64,000 bases of DNA from the IMG/VR virus record IMGVR_UViG_3300021406_000010, positions 1 to 64,000 of that record. One strand, written 5' to 3'. Below are positions 58,559 through 64,000 of the stretch, piece by piece. The DNA comes from a virus. The notes under the pieces are model-generated. The model made no database searches. It had not been told where the DNA came from and was given only the letters and a program-made list of their open reading frames with translations. The translations under genes were made by a program, and so were the position numbers. Numbering within the stretch: the stretch's first letter is position 1; every line of letters begins with the position of its first letter.

Positions 58559-61500
58559 TCCGGTTCGCCGTTCTCCTCAAAGTGGGCGACCACCGGCGGG
58601 AGGTGCAGGCTGCTCTCGCTCGGCGTCAGCGGCCGGAACGGCCTGCTGGCCTCCGGGTCGTGCAGCACGCGCTCGAACTCCCCGTTCCTCCTGGGAGTGC
58701 CGCCGAAGAAGTCGGTGTGCTCCGAGAGCTGGAAGACGTCCGGCCACTGCCGCTCGCCGGGGAGGCCGCGCTGGGTTTCGTGCTGGTGCGTCGAGTTGGT
58801 GCGCTGGTGCTCACCGGCGTGCCACCGCTCCTGGTTCTTCGGGGACATGTGCAGGTCGGAGGTGCGGGAGTCCATCCCGTGCATGTGGTGCATGTGGTCG
58901 CGCAGCTCGCCCTCCCTGGGCGGCTCCACGTAGGGCAGCGCCGCGCGCCTGGCGGCCTCCGCCGCCGCCTGGCTCCTCTCGTACGCGTCGTCCTCATCCT
59001 CGGTGTCGCGGCCTTCATCATCGTCATCCTCGTGGCCACCCTGGATGTCGTCGTCCCAATCGTCCTCGTCCATGGCAGTGGCTTCCAGGACAGCCTCGTG
59101 GTGGCGGCCCTCCTCGTCGAACAACGGGTCCATGTGCCGCTGGCCGCCGGGCCACTGGCGCTGCGCCTCGTCCTCGGGCAGGCACTCGGCGCCGGTGTGC
59201 CGCTGGGTGACGTCCACCTGGTCCTCACCGAAGGCGATGGCACACCGGTTGGCATCCTTCTCCGAGCTGAGGCCATCACACGGCGACTTCTCGAAGGCGT
59301 TCCCGTACACGATCCCGTCATGGCCCTGAGACCGCAGGTGGGCGATATGCCGCTGGGCTATCTCGTACTTCTCCGGGTGGGCGTTCAGCCAGCCGGTCGC
59401 GTACGGATGCACCTGCCGGTGCTGGCGCATGTAGTGCTCGCTCGGCTCGTCCTGGCGGCGCATCCGCTCGCCGTCGTCGGCGTAGTCGTAGGCCACCCCG
59501 ACGTCAGACCCTTCGTCGTGGTACTCCTTCAGCTCCGGGTCCAGGTGCCGCTCGATGTGGTTGCCGGCCTTCCACTCCCGCTCGTATGCCTCCTGGTCCA
59601 TGTCGTGCTCGGAGGCGTAATGCTTCGGGCTCCTCATGAGGAGCCGGGCGTGGATGACGTTCTCCTGCGGGCCGCCCTGCGGGAAGCCGCCGGATGGGTG
59701 GTCGCCGTGGGCGAACTGCTCGGCCACCTTGTGGCAGGCGGTGAAGTGGTGGCCCAGCAGCGTGTTCCAGTGCGACGTGTCGTCGGGGTCGTCCTCGTAC
59801 TCCAGGTCGCTGTACGGCCGGTCGCCGCCGAAGTCCCCGAACCGGTGCGGGGAGCCGTGGAACCACTCCAGTCCCCGGGTGTGCGGGTTCGGGTACGGGG
59901 CGCGGCCCGGTGCGGGATCATGGAGATCATGGCGCTCGCCCTCCGAGGCGAGCGAGGATCGCAACGGGTACGCGGCTGCCGCTGCGGTCACCGGCCTTGT
60001 CCTTCCCGTGCTGGGGCGCGCCGCGACGGCCTCGCGCCGGGCGGGGGCCGAGGGAGGCCCCTCCGGCGGGTCGCGGCGCTCGCGCCCCTTCAGCCCGCGC
60101 GCCCACTTCTTGCCCTGTTCCGTCTGGTCCTTCGAGTGCCTCGCCTTCGGGGACATCTCCTGCGACCAATCCCACATCGCGGTGGCCAGGCCCCGGGCCT
60201 GGTGGTCGCGCCCGTCGCCGAGCAGGGACCCCCTGGCGGTGTCGTCCTCGTCGCCGGCCACGTCCATGTGGTGGACCCAGCCGGTGGCGCCGAACCAGTT
60301 CAGGCGGCCGACGACACGGCCCTCGGGGGTGTGCGCCTCGATGAAGTGGCGGGGCTTACGCTCCCCCATGTCCTCCGTGCGGTAGCGCAGCGTGTAGTAC
60401 CCGAAGGGCCGCTCATCGCCGTCCCGCTGGCGCGAGGCGCGCTTAGGCGACAGGGGCGGCTCCTCGTGCGGTGCCACGATCGCGGGCGGCTCGTCGCGGG
60501 CCGCCTCCCTCGGCGGGACGCGCATCTTGTGGCTGCAGTACTCGTGCATGTGCAGGGCCTCGCGCGGCTCGCCCCAGTAGCCCCACTCCTGCAGGTCGTC
60601 GCCGTTCCCGTTGCGGACGTCCTGCGCCCGGACGGTGGTGCCCCAGATGTGGTACCTGCCAGGGTGGTCAGCGGGCAGGCTGCCCGACGGCGGGTCGTTC
60701 ACCTCGGCGGCAGTCTGCTCGGCGTACTTCCGGTTCAGGGCCACCCAGTCGCCTGGGTTGAACTGGCCCCGCTTGGCGTTGCGGGACTCCGGGTTGAGCG
60801 CCGGGGCGGCCCGCCAGATGCGGACCTTCGCGCCGGGCTTGCCGCGCGCCCTGCGGATCATGCGCAGGTGGTCATGGCCGAACTGGCCCTCGCCGAAGTC
60901 ATACCACTCAGGGTGGTCGTAGACGTCGGCGGGGAAAGTGTCGCCCTGCGTCAGGTCGTGCAGCGGCGCAGCCTCGTCGTTCGGGCGGTGGCTGACGCCG
61001 TAGTCCTCCGGGGTGGCCGCCGCCTCGAAGTGGGCCACCACCTCCGCCACCGGGGCGGCGGGCGGCTCGGCCGCCGCCTGGTGCCGCTGCTTCCACCGCC
61101 GGATGCGCGGGTCCTCCTGCTCCAGGTGCTCGCGCGTGCCGCCCGCCTCGCCATGCCAGGCGTTCAGGGCCTCCTCCACGTGCCGGGGACCGACGTGGGC
61201 GGCCAGCTCCCCGGTCTTGGGGTCGGTGTCCAGCCCGGTGACGTCGTGGGCGTACTCCCCGGTGGCCTGGTGGTGCAGCTGCAGGTACATGCCGCCGAAG
61301 CTGCGGCCCGTCCAGCCGGACGGCCTCCCAGACGGAAGGCGGTGCTCCAGTTCGTAGTACGGCTCGCCGTCGTCCCTGAACCTGATCTTGCCGCGCCCGC
61401 CCTCGTAGCGGGTCATCAGCTCCTGGCCGTTGCGCAGCGCCCGGTCGGACTGGCGGGACTCCTCGGTGCCGCCGGGGTCCTCGATGTCCTGGACCTTCCT

Positions 61501-62856
61501 GAACAGAGCATCACCGAACGCCTTCCCCGCCTCCTGGGACTGGCGCTTGTGGTCGATGTAGTCCCGGCTGGCCTCGGCCTGGTGCTGGGTCTCGAAGCCC
61601 CGGGCGTTGCCGGTCATCGCGTGGCGGCCCGCGTTGTCGACGACGTGGAAGCGATTGGTCTGCGGGTGGCGGACCACCTCGTACGGGCCGTGCCACTCCT
61701 CGCTAGGGCTGTAGCCCTGCGGCTCGTGCACGCGCGGCTCCGGCCGGGCGGCCAGCTCCAGGTCATAAGCGCTGACCCGGGAGTGCGGGAACTGCGGCGG
61801 GTTGCGGCGCAGGTGCTCCCGGTAGGCCTCGTGCAGCCCGACGGCGTCGACCTCTCCGGGATGCGTGCGGCGGACCTCGTCCGGCTCGCGACGGGTGGTC
61901 AGCCGGTACCAGTCCTGCATGGCGCTGCTGTTGCCGGAGAACATGCCACGGCTGCCGTCGTAGGCGCCCTCGTTCGGGTGGGTGGACCTGCCCTCGCGGT
62001 CCACGACGTGGTAGGTGGCGTTGCGCTCCCGCTCGCTGTAGTCGCGGCCCTTCTCGCGCTCCGGGTCCCGGGTCACGTAGTAGGGGCCGTGGTCGGGGGC
62101 GGTCAGGTGCGGGTGCTCCTCCAGCCTGCGGTTACCCGGGTCGCGCTGGCCATCGCGCATCCGGGCCAGGAAGTGCCCCGCCACCGGGGACTCGCCCGTG
62201 GGGGTGGCGAACACGTCCTCGCTCTCGGGAACATCGGCGGCTGCCTCGAAGTGGCCGAGCAGGTCATCGCCCGCGCTGGCCTTGCGGAGTTGCCGCTGAT
62301 GCGCTTCCATGCGCTCATAGTCCTCACGCGTGAAGTCCCAGTCCGGCCCCCATCCGTGCGGGCTGCCCAGGTAATGCCTGCCCTCCTGGTAATCCCCATG
62401 GTCGCCGCTCCACTCCTCGTGCAGCCTGACGACGCGCAACGGATGATCAGTAATCCGCGATCCACCGTGTCGCAGCTGGCCCCGCCTGGTGCCCCCAAGG
62501 TTCTCCGGGTCATGCATGTGCGGGCCTGTCGGCTCTACCTCATAGACTCGCGCTCGCCCGGACTCCCCGTACCGGTCAGCTCCTGGCGGCTCGTGGGCAC
62601 CGTCAGCGAACCAGCGAGCCTGGCCGGGGTTGACCGACATGTAGAGGGGCTTGCCTGTCACTGACTGCCACTTCGGCAGCCTGCCCACGTGCTCGTAGTT
62701 CCGGTGCGCGGCGGCTTCCTCGCCAGTCAGCAGGTCCCCGGGATGCAGTTCGTACCGCGTGCCGTGAAAGAAGGGGCCGCGCTCCTCGTCGAGGAAGCCT
62801 GCCCGCCGCTCATCGCCCATGCCCTCAACGATAGCAAGAAAACCTGCATTAGTCAT
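58309..62856 (-). CDS. Giant polyvalent protein 1: Arr-like ART, two further ART-like domains, GNAT
   Basis: FFHGT...VYEVEPTG; IWRA...PGDWV...EWGY; HQARGLATAM; WFHGS...HFT...GHDGIVY; starts at ATG 62856 (SD) or 62820 (leaderless). Confidence 0.8.
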   Translation of the reverse strand: MTNAGFLAIVEGMGDERRAGFLDEERGPFFHGTRYELHPGDLLTGEEAAAHRNYEHVGRLPKWQSVTGKPLYMSVNPGQARWFADGAHEPPGADRYGESGRARVYEVEPTGPHMHDPENLGGTRRGQLRHGGSRITDHPLRVVRLHEEWSGDHGDYQEGRHYLGSPHGWGPDWDFTREDYERMEAHQRQLRKASAGDDLLGHFEAAADVPESEDVFATPTGESPVAGHFLARMRDGQRDPGNRRLEEHPHLTAPDHGPYYVTRDPEREKGRDYSERERNATYHVVDREGRSTHPNEGAYDGSRGMFSGNSSAMQDWYRLTTRREPDEVRRTHPGEVDAVGLHEAYREHLRRNPPQFPHSRVSAYDLELAARPEPRVHEPQGYSPSEEWHGPYEVVRHPQTNRFHVVDNAGRHAMTGNARGFETQHQAEASRDYIDHKRQSQEAGKAFGDALFRKVQDIEDPGGTEESRQSDRALRNGQELMTRYEGGRGKIRFRDDGEPYYELEHRLPSGRPSGWTGRSFGGMYLQLHHQATGEYAHDVTGLDTDPKTGELAAHVGPRHVEEALNAWHGEAGGTREHLEQEDPRIRRWKQRHQAAAEPPAAPVAEVVAHFEAAATPEDYGVSHRPNDEAAPLHDLTQGDTFPADVYDHPEWYDFGEGQFGHDHLRMIRRARGKPGAKVRIWRAAPALNPESRNAKRGQFNPGDWVALNRKYAEQTAAEVNDPPSGSLPADHPGRYHIWGTTVRAQDVRNGNGDDLQEWGYWGEPREALHMHEYCSHKMRVPPREAARDEPPAIVAPHEEPPLSPKRASRQRDGDERPFGYYTLRYRTEDMGERKPRHFIEAHTPEGRVVGRLNWFGATGWVHHMDVAGDEDDTARGSLLGDGRDHQARGLATAMWDWSQEMSPKARHSKDQTEQGKKWARGLKGRERRDPPEGPPSAPARREAVAARPSTGRTRPVTAAAAAYPLRSSLASEGERHDLHDPAPGRAPYPNPHTRGLEWFHGSPHRFGDFGGDRPYSDLEYEDDPDDTSHWNTLLGHHFTACHKVAEQFAHGDHPSGGFPQGGPQENVIHARLLMRSPKHYASEHDMDQEAYEREWKAGNHIERHLDPELKEYHDEGSDVGVAYDYADDGERMRRQDEPSEHYMRQHRQVHPYATGWLNAHPEKYEIAQRHIAHLRSQGHDGIVYGNAFEKSPCDGLSSEKDANRCAIAFGEDQVDVTQRHTGAECLPEDEAQRQWPGGQRHMDPLFDEEGRHHEAVLEATAMDEDDWDDDIQGGHEDDDDEGRDTEDEDDAYERSQAAAEAARRAALPYVEPPREGELRDHMHHMHGMDSRTSDLHMSPKNQERWHAGEHQRTNSTHQHETQRGLPGERQWPDVFQLSEHTDFFGGTPRRNGEFERVLHDPEASRPFRPLTPSESSLHLPPVVAHFEENGEPEWTPPSPAGWSYNHGTYGVIHARGPEGAQDRYYPATLAWRTTGTRWTPRDRSTTGPGTRSRPAATSSQGTPATSPTSRWSTST
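62828..62847 (-). promoter_or_regulatory. Operator-like site with -10 TATCGT; leaderless start at 62820
   Basis: gcaggttttcttgc-tatcgt-tgagggc-ATG. Confidence 0.65.
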
Positions 62857-62870
62857 AGCCGCCTCCCGCA

Positions 62871-62878
62871 ACTTCCGG
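62871..62878 (-). promoter_or_regulatory. CCGGAAG(T)-N4-GGAGG start-associated motif
   Basis: cccggaagttgcgggagg before ATG 62856. Confidence 0.5.
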
Positions 62879-62904
62879 GCGGGAAGAATAGCGGGAGGCG
62901 GGGC

Positions 62905-63111
62905 CTAGGAGGCGACGGGCATGGCCTGCGCCAGGAACTCCTGGCAGGGGCCGCCCTCGGGGCCCGCCGTGCAGGCGAACGCCCGGCACGCGGTGGTGCC
63001 GTTGGAGTGCAGGGCGTACGGGTGCCGGCACCGGGCACAGGGGCCGGAGCGAGACCGGGAGGCCTGCGGGACCAGGGTCTTCTCCTGGGGGAAGGGAGCC
63101 TCGCGCGTCAT
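62905..63111 (-). CDS. Small zinc-binding protein
   Basis: CARCRHPYALH...C...C...C; SD AAGGAG. Confidence 0.55.
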   Translation of the reverse strand: MTREAPFPQEKTLVPQASRSRSGPCARCRHPYALHSNGTTACRAFACTAGPEGGPCQEFLAQAMPVAS

Positions 63112-63189
63112 CGTCTCTCCTTCCGTCACGTGGCAATCATCCTGTCCAGGATACCGTGATGATCACCAGCGGCTGAAGGGGGCGCGCCG

Positions 63190-64000
63190 TCAGGACCGGT
63201 GCCGCCGCATGGCGGCCGGGGAGCGGCCGAGGCCCGGCGGCATCCGGGACCCGGGGACGGGGCGGGTGCCACGGGACAGGCCGCCCCGGCCGGTCATCCC
63301 GCCGAGGGACGTGGCGTAGGGGTTCTGCGCCTCCGGGTTGAACCGCTGCAGCGCGTCGTAGTCGCCCATCGCCGCGTGCGGGCGCAGGGACCGCAAGTCA
63401 GAGCTGATGTAGGCCTTCATCTGCTCGCCCAGCAGCCGGGCCACGGTAATCGAGCAGGCGTCGGCGATGTCCTTGGTCCGCACCGGGCCGGAGTCCGCGC
63501 ACACCACCTTCGCCTGGCCCTCCGGCTTCTGCACGAACCGGAGCTCGTCCCGCAGCTCCCCGTGCGGGGGGCAGTGCGCCAGGCCCATGTTGAGGCACGC
63601 CTTGAACGTCTCCCAGGTCGCCCAGTTCAGGGCGGCGGTCGCGGTCCGCTCCCACACCATCACGTTCTTCTGGAGATGGGCGCGGCGGACCATCTTCTGC
63701 AGCGCCTGGACCGACGCGGCGGCGTTCCACTGGTCGAAGGACAGCTGGCCCGGCTGGAACGGCAGGACGACGTTGGCCATGATCCAGTCGCGGACCTCGT
63801 CGTAGTCGATCGTGTGGCCCTCGAAGTCGGCCGGGTCCCAGAAGTGCACCAGGTCGATGACCGCGTGGGCCAGCTGCGGCTCGCCCGGCACGGGGAGGCC
63901 CGGCTCGGCGTGCGCCACCACCAGGCCGAACCGGCAGTTCACCGACGACGGGTCACCGTGCGCGGTGTAGGAGACGGACAAGGGGCCGCGCGCCTGCATG
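63190..64000 (-). CDS. terL: Terminase large subunit, C-terminal nuclease domain (partial)
   Basis: AHGDPS (RNase H-like first Asp), SFDQWNA, TKDIADA; heads the virion operon. Confidence 0.75.
   Translation of the reverse strand, partial: MQARGPLSVSYTAHGDPSSVNCRFGLVVAHAEPGLPVPGEPQLAHAVIDLVHFWDPADFEGHTIDYDEVRDWIMANVVLPFQPGQLSFDQWNAAASVQALQKMVRRAHLQKNVMVWERTATAALNWATWETFKACLNMGLAHCPPHGELRDELRFVQKPEGQAKVVCADSGPVRTKDIADACSITVARLLGEQMKAYISSDLRSLRPHAAMGDYDALQRFNPEAQNPYATSLGGMTGRGGLSRGTRPVPGSRMPPGLGRSPAAMRRHRS

Larger units (their letters stand above)
1..64000. mobile_element. Segment of a large actinobacteriophage genome (or prophage)
   Basis: Terminase, portal, phage-type small-gene operons, HNH, DUF4326, UDG and an orphan MTase; no host housekeeping genes seen. 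Confidence 0.9.

Noticed and set aside
58498-62664. 1388-aa plus-strand ORF (and similar long ORFs 8748..11243, 129..1307, 2079..3521)
   Set aside because: Antisense shadows of real minus-strand genes in high-GC DNA; V/L/G-rich with no motifs
48810-62856. Rifampin resistance genes (arr)
   Set aside because: Domains are short, divergent, multicopy and embedded in phage polyproteins; fold similarity does not imply rifampin as substrate
63133-63145. Sixteenth operator copy (gcaatcatcctgt)
   Set aside because: Spacer is 5 nt rather than 6

Overview
High-GC (about 70%) window that reads as part of a large tailed phage of an actinomycete. The head genes are reminiscent of Bxz1/E3-like myoviruses; this is recognition from memory, not a search result. 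The minus strand carries the head/virion module: terminase large subunit C-terminus (63190..>64000), a ~14 kb run of three giant multi-domain 'polyvalent' ORFs (48810..62856), uracil-DNA glycosylase, three low-complexity putative head proteins, a tandem array of nine divergent paralogs of one unknown family (12450..17007), the portal (8817..11108), small virion proteins, and a >1190 aa ParB/SWIM/GNAT protein missing from the ORF track (<1..3593). The giant ORFs hold about 11 ADP-ribosyltransferase-like domains plus ParB-like, nucleotidyltransferase, zincin, GNAT, Nudix and 2H domains. A ~24 kb plus-strand block of ~60 small, tightly coupled genes (17598..41525; HNH, DUF4326, cupin, C5 DNA methyltransferase) lies between terminase and portal. 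Most notable signals: (1) enzyme domains separated by a recurring [KRHV]-[TQE]-A-[AS] linker and an 'L/V-x-x-H-F' peptide, suggesting a protease-processed, capsid-packaged effector polyprotein system; (2) the nine-gene paralog array; (3) 15 copies of a near-palindromic RCAR-N6-YTGY site at -10 boxes, often before leaderless starts; (4) a second motif, CGGAAGG-N4-GGAGG, before virion genes; (5) a complete but non-canonical tRNA-like cloverleaf at 11221..11298. All functional calls come from motif reading by eye.
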